Part shown: piece by piece, positions 1 through 13,519 of the stretch
How positions within the stretch are numbered: the first letter of the stretch is position 1
How the letters are laid out: each line of letters opens with the position of its first letter
Assembly: GCA_043228905.1 (NCBI GenBank)
Contig: JBHGNT010000018.1
Location: 9,300,001 to 9,364,000 of the forward strand
Direction: 5' to 3'
DNA length: 64,000 bases
Source of the DNA: Azolla caroliniana
Lineage: Eukaryota > Plantae > Polypodiophyta
The notes under the pieces: generated by a model
Database searches by the model: none
What the model was told of the DNA's origin: nothing
The model's input: only the letters and a program-made list of their open reading frames with translations
Made by a program: the position numbers and the translations under genes

Positions 1-1015
1 TCTGGTTGGGGGAATTTTCTCTTCTTCTGCAGAATTCTGGATGTGGATTTGTGTGTTCGAAATAGTTTTGTTTCCTGTGTGTTGGGGGATCTTGTGAGAA
101 GATCTTGAGAAGGTGATTCTGTTTCCTATGTCAGTATTGTGTGGGTGGGTGTTTTTCTCCCCTACTTGGGGGATTTTCTATGTCTTTTCCTCTCTCGAAA
201 GGGTTCTGCCTCTTTCGTGGATTTGATTGTTTTCTCTTCCGGAAAATGTTCTGGAAAGCCAGACAAACTTGATTGTATATCCTGCTCTCTTTAAACTTGC
301 TTTGTTGGTTTTTATGCCTTTCTCTGTTTGGTTTTTGCCAGAAGATATCCTTCTGATCTTCTGTTTGCCACAACAATTTAGTGGGAAAATGTTCTGATTC
401 TGTTCCGTTTCTGTGGGAATGGAAAGGAAAGAAATTTTGTTTCATATGTGGGTTTTGTTGGGTGCAACTGTTTTACTTTCAATGGGGATTTTACGGGAAG
501 GTATTTTGCTTTAAGTGTATTGGTTTTGTGGGAAAATACTCTATCTCCTGTGTGGGTTCTTCCATGGGGATCTTGTGGGGAAAAATGCGTTTCCTATGTT
601 GGTTTTAACTGGGTTCTTTTCCAAAAGCTAGTACCTCTTACATGGAAAATTTGTTTCTGTTTTGCAGCTCAATTGTGGACATATTTCCTTTCACTGCAAG
701 GCGAGTGTAATATTCTTTAGTGGGTAAGAATGGAAATCAATCATTTTAATTTTTTGTTTATTCTAGAGGCATAAAAAAATTCCTTTGCTAATAATGTATC
801 TTATTGGTTTAATACAAACGTCTTCTCTTACAGGTAATCAATCACTAATTTCGATTCTGTTTATTGGGATTTTTTCCAGATTAAAATTGTTTCTATTCCA
901 TTTCCAAGAAATTTTTCCTGTAAAATTGCTGCATCCCTGTGATCAGGGCTGCGTCCCAAACTACTTTCCCAAGAGGCTTCCATTCATTCCCTCATGCAAC
1001 TCGGAGGTCAACGAA

Positions 1016-2651
1016 ATGACTGCCGGAATAGAAGAAAACCACCTTGTCAAAAGCACTGTTGTCGACGAGAAATTCAACAAGGCTATGAACTCGGATACAT
1101 GTTGCATCACCATGGAGAAAGGCATTGTAGTGGATGACATGAGATGGCAATGCGAGTGCCGAAAGACCAACGCCCTAGATTTCAGTTACTTGGAAAGCAC
1201 TGATGATATGAAATGCCGGTGTGAGGAGGCAATTGGCATGTCGGAAGTCTGTTACATGGGAAGCTCCAGTGCAGATGGCAACTTCCCGCATGGGGCAGGC
1301 AGTGGATTTCCTCTTCTGAATTACAAGGGAATTCCAGTTGATTCATGTTCAGAAAATGGGCAAGTTGCTGGTATGAGTGAGTTCAAGCCGATGATACGGT
1401 CAGGTGTATGCTCTGACCAAGGCATTAGGCAAGCAATGGAAGATGAGCATGTGTGCATCGATGATTTGTCCAGCCGCTTGTGTGGCTCAGCCGTTTTGGG
1501 TCAGGGACCGAAGTCTTGTTATGGTGTAAGTATAGTCATATATTACTTTATTTTAAAAAGACTTGTTTCCCTAGTAGCTAACCAGAATTTTCCATTTCAA
1601 ACTTAATACACATTTTCCTCGTAATCACCAAAACAAGGTCCTTAGATTTGTTTTCAACAGTGATGAGCACCACACACATTGCTATGATGATTTATGGCAG
1701 GATCTTTGTCTTGATATTTTATTGTAAACCAGGTTTTTGATGGGCATGGAGGAAGAGACGCAGCTGAGTTTGCTAGAGACAAATTACTTGACTTCATTGT
1801 GCGAGATATATCTTTCCCATCTGAAGTGGAGACAGCACTTCACCATGCATATTTGAAGACTGATAAAGCGTTTGCTGAAGCATGTATTTCTGATGACACC
1901 CTCTCGTCGGGTACAACAGCTATAATGGCTTTAGTCCTTGGAAGGTTTGAAATCTATATCCATTATGAATGCAGACTATGTTTTGGAATTAGTTCGGCGA
2001 CATAGGGAACTTTAAAATTGTAATTAATATGAATGGTAGGGAACATTGAAATGCAACTAAAAATATGTTCATCTAATGTATTTGATTAGAAAATTGCTCG
2101 TTGCCAATGCTGGAGACTGTCGGGCGGTTTTGAGCCGACGAGGGAAGGCGGTTGATTTGTCAAGGGATCACAAGCCTTTTTGTGTGAAGGAAAGGACCAG
2201 GATCGAAGCTCTAGGTGGATATGTAGACGATGGCTATCTAAACGGACAACTCGGCGTCGCGAGAGCACTTGGAGATTGGCACATGGATGGGCTGAAAGGT
2301 GTTGGGGGCCCATTGAGTGCAGAGCCTGATGTCAAACAAACTGTCCTTTCGCATGAAGATGAGTTTTTGATAATTGGGTGTGATGGGCTGTGGGATGTTT
2401 TCTCGAGCCAATTGGCCATTGATTTTGCTCGACGGAGGCTTCAACAACATAACGATCCGGAACGATGTTGTCAGGAGCTTGTGGCAGAGGCGCTGCGCCG
2501 TGATAGTGGTGACAACTTGACTGTCATTGTGGTTTGCTTCCAACCTGAGCCTCCCCCGAGGGCAATGCCAAGCTTTATAGGGAGGAAAAGTATTTCCTCA
2601 CAAGGCTTACGGAACTTGCAGTCTGTATTGGATAACCTCCTTGACACGTAA
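1016..2651 (+). CDS. Protein phosphatase 2C (PPM family, clade G-like), 427 aa; exons 1016-1525, 1733-1944, 2090-2651
   Basis: PP2C motifs [10 protein letters not shown]|[64 protein letters not shown] introns 1526-1732 and 1945-2089 join the exons in frame (510+212+562 nt). The start codon is the first in-frame ATG; upstream UTR exons are not resolved. Confidence 0.93.
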
Positions 2652-2961
2652 AAGAAGTGGTTGGGCGTGATGGAGCATCTGGGAAGGGATTGACACAATG
2701 ATGGGAAACATTTGGGAAGAGATTTGATGGAACATATGGCTGAATAAATGATAAATGTGCTTGTTGGTGATAATTAGGTACTACACTACACTAGTAAACA
2801 TAATTTGCTTAAAACATGTATTGTGATATTGGTAGGTTACAACAGAAATGATGGATGGCCCATGTAAAAAAGTGTATATATATGTACATCTTCTTTGATC
2901 AATGTCCCAGGTTTAAGTCTATATATATATACACACATGCCGATGTATGTGTTTCAAGTTC

Positions 2962-3073
2962 ATTCCACTTGCTTAAGTGGAAAATAATATTCAGATCTCT
3001 TTTCCACTTGCTTAAGTGGAAAACAATATTCAGATCTCTTTTCCACTTGCTTAGTGGAAAATAATATTCAGAT
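2962..3073. repeat. Three tandem ~39-bp units, each containing the palindrome TTCCACTT-gctt-AAGTGGAA
   Basis: ttccacttgcttaagtggaaaa(t/c)aatattcagatctct repeated three times downstream of PP2C. Confidence 0.85.
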
Positions 3074-3427
3074 TTCCTTGAATACTCTTCGAAAGCGAAA
3101 ACAAATGAAAACCCTTGTACTTTTTGGTAACATTAATTGCATGAATCTTGGTGGGCATACATGATGGGGCTTACAAATGGCTTGGTGTGTAGTTGTATTT
3201 TATGATGTTATTTGTAATTTCATTTTTCTTAACAGTGTTTTACAAAGAATGGCGTGGTGTGTAGTTCTATTTTATGATGTTATTTGTAATTTCATTATTC
3301 TTAAGAGTGTCTTTCTTACAAAAAATTTGAAGCACTTTGAATAATCCATTAAACTCCATTAGTATGTAGTCGATAATGTTAGTTGTCACTTCATGTTTAT
3401 TTGATGCCTTTTTCACAAGATGATGAC

Positions 3428-3712
3428 TTGCGTCAATAAGCTTGATGGAGGCGTTAACAGGAAGAGGAGAATGAAGATTGGAGTTATAACCTCCAATGCC
3501 TACAAATTACAATATGTTCGCAGCACAAGAACTTTGATCTTTGAGCGGTATTCTATTCACACTTATATTTGCCTTGCGTCAATAAGCTTGATGGTAAGTG
3601 TTAAGAGGAAGAGGAGAGTGAAGATAGGAGCTACAACCTCCAATGCCTACAAATTATAATATGTTCGTAGCACAAGAAGTTTGATCTTTGAGACACTTAT
3701 ATTTGCGTCAAA
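3428..3712. repeat. Local tandem duplication (~145-bp unit, 2 copies)
   Basis: ttgcgtcaataagcttgatgg...gaagaggaga...ctccaatgcctacaaatta...agcacaagaa..ttgatctttgag occurs twice. Confidence 0.75.
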
Positions 3713-4392
3713 TATATCTGATTCCAACTTACACTTGCTCACCATGAAATATCTTTAAACCCATGGCCGTGACGATTACCATAATTATGCTACCATCCTC
3801 TTAATTTAAGGTTTTGTTTGCTTATAGGCCTCCTTTTTTAAAAAAGTTAACCATGCAATTATGTAGCCCAAGGTTCAAGCATAACTACTTGACAATGTCT
3901 CAAACATGACCATGTAAGACGTAAGAATTAATAGATTATATCCTCATTTAGGAAGACCTAAGAATGCGTGAGTTGGCTACGCATACCCAACATTCAACTC
4001 TCGTTAGTGATTATAGGTGACAATAGATGTACGAGAGTTATTCACTTTTCTATTGCACAACCCATTTTCATAACACCATGGAACATTGTCCCCAGGAAAC
4101 AACTATGAAATGTCCTTGACTTTTCTTTAATTCCTCAAATGTCCCTATGTTTTGTTATTTCTTGACATACCCTTTGCTTTCATGTTTGATGGCAAACGTG
4201 AAATAAATGTATACACTAGAAAGTTGAAAGGCATACATAATTATTAGCATGAAATAAATGTATACTTTTGTGATAGTTGTAGATGCTTGAACATATGGAG
4301 ATTGTTTGATCATGTGGATATTGAGTTTTTTTATGACACTAGAGAATGCCCTTCCTATGCAATGAAGGCGGAAGGCAACAACATTGTGACGA

Positions 4393-4474
4393 GGGTTTTT
4401 ATATATGATTAGTTTAATTGTTATATATAGCTTTGGTAAACCAAAAAATTAAACTAATCATATATTAAAAACCT

Positions 4475-4509
<35 letters not shown>
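4393..4509. repeat. Short AT-rich inverted repeat (~28-bp arms) followed by a (TA)n microsatellite
   Basis: gggtttttatatatgattagtttaatt ... aattaaactaatcatatattaaaaacc, then (TA)n at ~4481-4509. Confidence 0.7.
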
Positions 4510-4511
<2 letters not shown>

Positions 4512-6390
4512 TTATCATCTTCAAGGGTCTTATGGGTCTTATATATTTCGTAACACTTGTGAAAGTGAGTAATGACTCTCGATGTTGAAGAACTTTATTA
4601 ATGAATGTCACATTTGAGACCGTATTGCTAGGGAAATTCATGCAAGGATTGGGTTTGGTTGAAGATGTGTGGTATTGTCTTCAGATGTCAAGTATTATAC
4701 ATGAAACCAAACAAATATAACATTTTCATGTAATACATATGAAAGTGAGTCAGAGCAATGACACTCGATGTTCCCAAACTTTACTAATGAATGTCACAGT
4801 TGAGAGCGCACACAACATTTTCATGTAATACATATAAAACTAAGTAATGTCTCTTGATGCTCAAGAACTTTGCTAGTAAATGTCACAATCGACTAGATTG
4901 TGCATTATGATTGCTAGAAAAATCATGCAAGGATTGAGTTGGATCAAAGTTGTGTGGAAAGCATAATTAAATGTGATCCAAGGTAGAACATTGTTCAAAG
5001 TGTAATACTCAGACTCCCAAACTATTTTAGGGTATATTTGCCTATGCTCATCACTTGTGCCCCAACGACCTTATCTCACATCATAATGTGCGTGAGCTAA
5101 TTCATATTGAAGCAATGGTTTGGATGGCTGGCAATCGGATTGTTATAAGGTAACAAATTAGTAAGAAAAATATAAAGCAAAATAGACTAAAGAAAGAAAA
5201 AGGGGGTGCTAGCCCATCCCTTAGATACGACATGAGATGTTCCCAAATCTCCTTGATTTCCCATAGCATTGAGTTGATGCGGGTTGTATGTTGGGTTCCA
5301 TGAGGATTGTAGTTCTTAGCTAACAAGAGTCATCCATACCCACACCTACATAGTCTTAGCATATGTCAAGCCTTCTCGATGAGAAGGTGGCTATCCTTCT
5401 TATATATGCAAAAACCCGAGGCATTGTCTTGGTTGTAGGATGAGGAAGATGTAAGAACCTTAAAGGTCAATTCAAATAATTGATGCATTACAAGATCTAA
5501 AAAGAATTAAAACCAGGGTTGTATGTATGAACGCTTGACACTTGTTAATTTGTAAATCAAAATGATCGATGTTGAGCTTTGACATCATGCTAAATGGATA
5601 CGTATACTTGTATACTCTTTAGGTAGATTTATGTGCATCAATACTATAATTGATAGATGTTTATCTTCGATTTTGTTCAAGCTCCAAATTTAAGGTGCCT
5701 ATTATGCGTACTTTTAGACTATGTGATGAATCTTCGTATGCATAAGTGAGTAAACATGGTAGGTTGGAAAGTTGTATTAGGTTGGTAAAATGTAGGTTAA
5801 AAAAGAGAACTAATAATACCAAAAACACTTTGCACTCATATATATATATATGCATTCATGTTGCCATAAGTTTGTATACAAATAGTACTTAGTTGTCATT
5901 AAAGAATAGAAACCATACAAGACTAAAGTAATAATACTGATGCCAAATAAATCATAGACTGATTGTACGAAATTGCTAGAAAATATTGACTAAGTTGTTA
6001 TGAGTACAACATATTTTCATGTTGAAGCCATATGAAGTATTAGTCAACTAGACTTAGCACTACAAGTACTAAACATATAGTAATATGTACATTTTGAAGT
6101 TGTAGTAAAAGGCTTCTAGACAAGACTACTAAACTAGAGACACAACTCAAGTAGTGAGCCCAATATCATAATGTTGATACAAGTATCAAGAATGACAATA
6201 CAAACTAATGTTAACGACAGTTGAGGGAGGAGGAGCGACGACAATAGAGGGAAAATGATGTCAAAGGGGTTGAGAGGAGCGATGGCAGCAGAGGGATCAT
6301 CGAACAACGATTCGGCTGCCCCAGAGCCTGCACGAACATCATCCCAAAACCTTCTGGACAAAAAACGAGATAGAAGTATGTCAAGAACAT

Positions 6391-7168
6391 ATGTATAATC
6401 GAATTGATGCTTGTACAGAACAGGAAATAGAAGGGATGGGCAGTCATAATGGTAACTCGATACAAGTAATGGGAACCTTCGTTCTCACTCTGGAAGAAGA
6501 ATGCCTTATGGAGAGTGAATTAATACGTCTTAAACGGGAATCCTTTGTGGTGAAAGTGGTGGGTAGTCGACCTAACAGAACATTGTTGCGTGACTGGCTG
6601 CAAAGCTGTTTGCAAGAAGGCCTTGGTAGAATGAAGGACATTACATTTATAGGAAAGGGCTTCTACCATGTCACAGTGATGCCTGAAACGAATATATGCA
6701 AAATTGTCAAGAGTAGCCCCTTGATATGGCACAATGCAAGAGCCTATGTATTCAATTGGGATGTAGACTTTGACATTTGTAAAGCCGATGCTTGTATAGG
6801 CAATCCAACCGTGATAACAACCTTTTTCCCTGGTTTACCTAAGCAATGGGAGTCCTTTCTCCCGGCCATTGGCAAAAGTATGGGAGGGCAATGCCTGGAA
6901 AAAACTCTAGCAGAAAAAATAAGTGAAACACTAAAGATCAAACTAATTGTTTCCGAATGTAAAGACCCTACCGTAATCAATGTTGCTTAGCAGTAAACAA
7001 ATGTCTGACCATGTACAAACTGTGGACCATGCGGGACTCCCAGGGCAATGCTTTGCATGTAGACAGATGGGGCATAGGGCCCAAGAATGCCCGAGAGGTA
7101 AGGACAACATGCATCATGGAAATGGGAAGCGAGGACGGAAAAGCACAACAAGTCTGATGCAACGGTAA
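6391..7168 (+). pseudogene. LINE (L1-like) ORF1 remnant: DUF4283-like domain plus CCHC zinc knuckle, frameshifted near 6980
   Basis: VVKVVGSRPNRTLLRDWL...ITFIGKGFYHV...PLIW followed by CFACRQMGHRAQECP; no ORF2 follows. Confidence 0.7.
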
Positions 7169-7204
7169 TCAACGAATAAACCATGCAATGAGTAAGATTC
7201 AGAC

Positions 7205-8212
7205 CATGTTGTCTTGCCTTCTTGAAGCTCGATGGCACGTCTCTAGATATTGTTGCCGAGCACTCTCTTGAAACTTGTGATTTGACGCACTTCAGACCCG
7301 TCCCTTTGATTCATCTCCCTTATATATGCATCAAGGAATTTCGTAATGTTCCTTCCGTCAAATTGACCCTCGAGCTCAACGACACAGTCGACAACCTTCT
7401 CCACGTTCGCATCGTTGTCCTGAGATCTCATCATTTGTTCGATGATTAACATCATCCTTTTGAACTCTCCCACTTGATTGCTTGAGGATGCCATCTCCAA
7501 GTATCGGTCGATCCTTGACTTGGTCCTTCCTACCGCCTCTTTCACGTCGGGTTCACCACTTAATTATGTCGTGAAGATCCATCACTACGTGCGGATCATG
7601 AGGCGGAACCGCTGGGGTTCTGGATCGGAAGGATTCGAAGTTTGCACTAGCTTTAGCGAGAAAGTATTTAAGATAGATTGAAAGAGAGAGAGATTGAGAT
7701 AAGATAGAACCCTTGACTTTAGATATGAGAGACAAGATTAATACATCACAAAAATGGGATAACGAATTTTCTTACTCTTAATTTCTTGATTCATACATAG
7801 CCCATTTTTCCTCTCCATCCACTCTTTTATAGATGCCCCCATGCATATGATGCATATGAGGGCGCAAGACATGCATGAGATGCATGTTTGCCATTTGGCG
7901 CTCATGTATTACATGTGTTACATGATAACCATGTCACTCATTCAAGCTCTCATGTATGAGAATTTACATGTAAAATGATCAAAATAAAGTTTTTGAAGAT
8001 ATGACTTGGCTTAGTGGTAAGCCTATTCACTTTCAACTTGGAGGTGCAAGGTTCAATTTCTTACTTGCACCCCTTTGTATACAAAACTTCCTTTTACTAA
8101 ACTTTTTAGTCTTGTTTTTACAAATTTTTAAGTGCATATTACACCTTCACTTGACCTCCAAAGAATTAGACAATTTTGTTTGTTTCACACCGGAAAACTT
8201 CAAGACATCATG
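7205..8212 (-). mobile_element. 5' fragment of a Gypsy-type LTR retrotransposon: LTR (7567-~8212), tRNA-Trp PBS and gag N-terminus
   Basis: LTR terminus TGTCGTGAA at 7567 matches the solo LTR terminus at 13406; gag-like LEGQFDGRNITKFLDAYIREM in ORF 7243-7545. Far LTR end is approximate. Confidence 0.7.
7542..7558 (-). promoter_or_regulatory. Primer-binding site complementary to tRNA-Trp (TGGTGAACCCGACGTGA)
   Basis: Plus strand tcacgtcgggttcacca matches the recalled 3' end of eukaryotic tRNA-Trp(CCA) plus CCA; 8 bp from the LTR end. Confidence 0.8.
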
Positions 8213-8560
8213 CGTTGCAATAAATTTACCTGACTGACCCGTCTATCCGATACAACCCAACCTTTTTGTGCTCTTAGCACATAGATAAAATATAAAGAGA
8301 TATGGCTCTACTTATATACTCTTGAATCCTAATGTTGTCCTATCTATGTGGGATATCTCACAATTTTGTTTTTCTCTTCTTCTTCTTGACAAACTTCACA
8401 TTCACATAACTTGACATTTAGTTGCCCATTTCAAATGTAGTAAAGTACATTCGGAAGCTCTTGAGGACCTCCATCTTTTTGTACCAAGATATTAAAATAG
8501 TATAAAATATTATCTTCACTATTATTGTTTTATGTTGTGTGTGAAGAACCACACTCGATT

Positions 8561-9777
8561 TTATACATTCCATTCAATTTTCACACAGTTGGCGAAAATC
8601 TTTATGACACCGAAATCAAACAAGAAATGTGCTTGTGTTCCATTGATATACCCGACTGCTCGGAGTAAATCATTAGGTCCAAGTAAATGTGAAGGAAAAG
8701 TGCATTCACATGAACTTAAGTGGTTGGTATGAACTTCAACAACTTCAACAGACTCACTTGTGTGACTCCTAGATTTGTCTTGAGGAGGAGTGTTCAATGA
8801 CTTCCTCTCAAGACAACGACATGTATCCTTTGTGTGGCTCTGCTTCTTGCAATATGCACAGAAGAGGTTAGGTTTCTTGGAGTCACGGTCAAGAGTGTCA
8901 TTGGATTGCTTACGTTTCCCAATGAACTTGACATTCGGAGTTTTGGTGAACTCAGGTTTATTGTGGTCTTTCTTGGAAGTCCTATAGTACCGAAGTACAA
9001 TGTTGATGGCTTCCTCAAAAGTTGTGGGGTCCTTGTCATGGATAATCCAATGGTAATCCCCATTAGGAATACCATTCAAAAAGCAAGCAACAAACCATTT
9101 CTCACCCGTAAGTCCCGATTTTTGGATCTAGGTCCAAGCATGATGCACATAATCCTCGAGAGAGGTAAATGGCTTACTTGACAACGTGAGCAAGTGTTGC
9201 GCTTGTTCAGTTTGAGAAGGTGGCTGCAAAAACCGTTTCTTAAAAACATCAACGAAACCTTCCCAAGTTGTGGGTAAGTTCTTTGCAGTCCTTAGGCCAC
9301 GCCACCAAGCAGCAGCGCGACCACCTAACTCACGACCAACGTAACCAATTTTTACAGCATCGGGCTTGGGGTGGAGCTCAAAGTGAGACTCCCAATAGCC
9401 AAGCCAAGTGCTAATGGCCTCCTCGGTTCTTTCTTTCTTATCTCCCTTGAATGGCGTTACTACGAAAGAAGGCTCACCTTCTTTCTTGGACTCAATTCTT
9501 GGAATTTCTTTTTTAATACCATATTGCCCTGCCTCATTTCGGCCAATTGATTCAAGGTAGTAGTGAGCAATTGCTCAATAGTGATCTTAGCTTGTGTGTG
9601 AGATGTGAATTGGAGTTGAGAGGTCTCAGTCGAAGAGATTGCTACAACAACGTTCAAAACTTGTTCCATGATGCAAGATGTGGGTATGCAATATAAATAA
9701 GGAGGTTCAGAAAATACACAAGCAGAATGAATGCTTGAACTTTTGATTGTAAGAACTTTACCAAGAAAGCATCTCAC
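8561..9777 (-). pseudogene. Decayed Gypsy gag-protease remnant
   Basis: Retrotrans_gag-like AAAWWRG...PTTWEGFVDVF in the 9200-9330 region; PTTFEEAINI; zinc knuckle CAYCKKQSHTKDTC; protease-like VGYINGTQAHFLFDFG; stops and frameshifts. Confidence 0.75.
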
Positions 9778-11266
9778 GTCTTTACCCCTCTAGACATATG
9801 AGATGTGATTCGAGTTCCGATAACTATGGTAACACTATGGTGTTTTAAAAACCATGGGGGAAAACATAGCTAAGATGTCTCTCTCGGATCTCTATCTTGA
9901 ATAATCATGGCAACTCCTCAAGGCTCAACCATGGTTCTAACATCAACGTAGTTTCCTAGTTAGCCTTATATTAGAATGCCAACCCAACATGTATTGATAT
10001 AGTCGAGAAAGTGTATTACGTGAAAAAACAAGTGCACTCGCAAGTAATATTCTAGTCTTGCGAGTAACAAGCAAATGTTATGACAAAAACGATAAAATAA
10101 GGCACTATCCATAAGAATCAAGCAGTGACGAAAACAAGGGTCAAAAAACCCATGTCTTAACTACTAAAAAAAAATGTCGCAAATAAATGGATAGTGCGAG
10201 GTATGCACATATACATCCCAATATGGTGGTTGTAATTTGCACAATTGTGACATAAGCCACAAATTGGTACAAGTGGCGGTGGTGTTGTGCGCAAAGATGT
10301 AGAACTCAAATCTATGAGTAAAACATCAATAGGGGAACTCCTATGGTTTTACTCGAGTTCTAAGGCTCGATAATATGAGTTAAACTTAGATGATCCGTTG
10401 GAAAAAATCGTTAAAAAAAAACAGCATGATGCCCACTCAATATTAAAAAATAGTCTACATGAATCGTTATACCATTAAACGTACGTAAATAGTGTAGATG
10501 AACTTAAAATAAGGGCAAGAAAGAGAGTTAATTATGGGTGGGTAAAGGACAATTACTGGAAAATCATACAAAAGTGAAACGAAAATTTGTGTAATTAGAA
10601 ATTAATTAGAATAATAATCAATTAGGTGTATGAATCATTAAGCATGCCTTAAGGTATGAAACCCTAAGGCAGTCGACATGCACCTCCTCAAGACCACCAC
10701 ATCTCCCTAGAATTGGCCAAGTGATGGCTCAATAGAGAGTAGAGTGGCATAGGTAGGCGACATACACCTCGTCAAGACCACAACATCTCATAGAATCAGC
10801 CAAGTGATGGCTCAATAAAGGGAAGAGTGGCATACTCAACATCATAAGCAAAATGGCCATGAGGTGAGCGTGTGCGATAAGGGCCAACACGCTCGACCCG
10901 ATGCACAAGAATAATTATTATCGTAAGAGATGGCTCAAGAGAGGGGAGAGTGGGAGATACATCGCAATATGCAAAAGGGCCATGAGTTGAGCGTGTGCGA
11001 TTTGTGAAAACACGTTCTACCCGATGCATAAGTAGATTAACATCGTATGATGGTAGAAAGAAGAAAGAAAAGAAAAGAAAAGAAAACGTAATACCACTTC
11101 CATATGACCAAGAAGAAAGCATCATAGAAAAGAAAAGAGAGATCGAGAAAAAAGAATACCAGGTTAAGAATGTTGTTTTGATCCTATGAAGAGCATGACG
11201 AGCCTTGTTAGATCCCCATCGCTCACACGCAAAAAACATCAAAACAAAAAAAAAATGTTAGTAAAT

Positions 11267-11752
11267 GCACTGATACCACTGTTAAGAGTCTATTACTAAT
11301 CAATAGACCAAACTAAAGTAAAAAAAGGAAAATAGAATGAATAGAAGAATCCGTTCTACCCAACCACCCCCGAGCTATGATCTAGACATAACCAACCTAT
11401 CACCGACATCCCATACCGCCGGATATTAGGATGACTAATACCTTGGAAGAGATAAACACGATCATCAAGACGAAAGCCTAGCCCGCACCACCGGTGTCTA
11501 AGACGGAAACCTTCCAACGTAATGTCCTTATGAGGGTAGCTAAGCCTCATATTTATACCTTTTCCTAGGCCCCTTGAATAGATGTGCCTTTCTAAAAGGC
11601 TCTCCATTCATTGGTTGTCCAAATCATGATGGTGCATGCACCTATCATTCCTTCTATCCAATCATTAGTTCCCTTTTTAACATTAGTGAACATACCCTTC
11701 ACTAATGTAAATATTAGTGACCTACCCTCACCAACGTTATGTGTACGTAACG
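11267..11752 (-). mobile_element. Probable old LTR (from 11280) with Met-type PBS at 11267-11278
   Basis: Minus strand ...cttaACA-g-TGGTATCAGTGC; may belong to the gag remnant at 8.5-9.8 kb. Right LTR boundary is uncertain. Confidence 0.45.
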
Positions 11753-11812
11753 CCCCCCCTTTGATTCACGCATCACCAGATGTTCCATCAAAGCTCAGGA
11801 TCAATTGGCTTG

Positions 11813-12243
11813 TGTTGAGAATCAAGCTCAACATAGTTCAACGTGTGAACAAACCTTTTGAGAATCCATGAACATAGTCACACCAGTACTCTCTACACAT
11901 TAACTATGTGTCATAGAATCATATTCTATGACATATAACTAATGAGTTACATGTTCCCCATGACTATGAGTCTTCACATTCCCTAAGAGAGAGAGTGGTT
12001 GTTGATGAAGAGAGAGGGTGACTCTATATAAAGCACCCTCCTCATACTTCATACTAAGTTGGTTGTGACTCCTTGTTATGCTACATTTTGTAATCTTATT
12101 CTACTTGTGAAATATACACCATCTTCTTGAGTATTCCTTTTTCTATCTATCTTGTGTTATCTCTTCTCTCCTCTAATTCCTCTCACACATACACATAACA
12201 CACATCTCTTCCGCTACACAAGAATCACCATCGATTCTTTACA
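11813..12243 (+). repeat. 5' LTR of outer Copia
   Basis: TGTTGAGAATC...TTCTTTACA; direct repeat of 26403-26853; TATA-like ctatataaa. Confidence 0.93.
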
Positions 12244-12410
12244 TGATATCAGAGCGATTTGGTAGCTCGATCTAGCCCACTCGCCTCATCGTGATCGTGT
12301 GCTGTGCTCTACACCGACGTTCAAGAAGAACCAGCTCATCGCTATCGTAGTACCACTACATAGCTCGTGTTCGAGAGAGAAGGAAAAGAAGAAAGGAAGC
12401 TTAATTGACA

Positions 12411-13405
12411 ATGAATACTCAAATGGGGAGGGCTCTCCCTAGTGAGAAGTTGGGTTGCAACAACTTTGCATCTTGGGAGTACAAGATGCACCAATACCTT
12501 GTTGGCCAAGGCCATTGGAGTTACATGAAGGGAGCACAAGAAAACCGACTTGACCCGAAAGACGCAGACTATGCAACTTGGGAGCAAACGGCAAGCCGAG
12601 TGATGTATTGCTTGGCGACATGTGTTCATGACCACATGCTCGGCTACATTCAAGAAGCCGAGACACCGAAGGAAACATGGGAGAATCTACGAAAGATTTT
12701 TGCTGCCAACATGACCGCGAGAAAGCTTCAACTCCACCAAGAGTTGAACAATATCCAACAATGAGATATGTCCATTACAAGCTACACCTTGAAGATCAAG
12801 GAGCTTTGTGATGCACTTGGCTCGATAAGCGTCAATGTGGAGGAGGACGAAATTTTGCAAATATGCCTCGACGGCCTTGCACCACGGTTCGGCGCGATGT
12901 GGACCGCCGTACTAGCACGGGAGAATCCACCCTCCTTCTTCGATCTTCAATCCATGTTGTTGGTTGAAGAGAATCATGTTCGAACAAGGAGCAATGCCTC
13001 GGAATGCCACATGCTCTACACGCATTCGGACGGAGGAAGAGGACGCGACCATTCAAGAAGAGGCCGATTCGGCCAAGGACGAGGCGGACGAGGTCCGATT
13101 TACGAAAACAACTCTCAATTATGGCAACAAGATGGAGACCATCGAGGAACCTTTGGAAGAAGGGGGAGCCACCATTCCGGTTCGAGCCGACACACCTCAA
13201 TCGGATGCGGATATTGCGGCAAAGTCGGCCACCGCGAAGAAGAGTGCCTAATGAAGATGCACGAGTTGGCTTCCATTACTCGACAACTCACCAATTACGC
13301 CGCCGACTCTGAGTACGACGACTATGATGGATTATTCGTAATGAGAGATAGAGTGAATTCTATGTCGGCCTCTACTTCTACTAGTGCCTCCGGTCCGGAA
13401 GGCGT
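12411..13405 (+). pseudogene. Outer Copia gag (UBN2-type domain plus zinc knuckle), interrupted by a solo LTR
   Basis: EKLGCNNFASWEYKMHQYL, LHQELNNIQQ*DMSITSY, CGYCGKVGHREEEC; in-frame stop at 12762-12764. Confidence 0.88.
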
Positions 13406-13519
13406 TGTCGTGAAAATGCGTCACTATGTGCGGATCGTGATGCGGAACTGTCGGGGTTATGGACGGGAAAGAAATAGGGCTTACACACACAACACAAGGA
13501 AGTCTTACACAAACAAGGC

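Noticed and set aside
131-1015. ORFs upstream of PP2C and the N-terminal part of ORF 785-1606
   Set aside because: T-rich 5' UTR/intron-like sequence with non-ATG starts and no domain.
2962-3073. Palindromic repeats as a mini-CRISPR
   Set aside because: Spacers are essentially identical; simple tandem duplication.
5050-5480. Possible Gypsy integrase-region remnant on minus (WEHLMSYLRDGLAP)
   Set aside because: Too degraded to support a call by eye.
7542-7558. tRNA gene (also considered at 24247, 46565, 50061 and 63765)
   Set aside because: Only the 3' 13-19 nt with encoded CCA next to an LTR end; no cloverleaf, so these are primer-binding sites.
11751-11762. Apparent PPT on the far side of the old LTR, suggesting a tandem element
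   Set aside because: The C-run belongs to a diverged local repeat also seen at ~27010; the LTR boundary is not secure.
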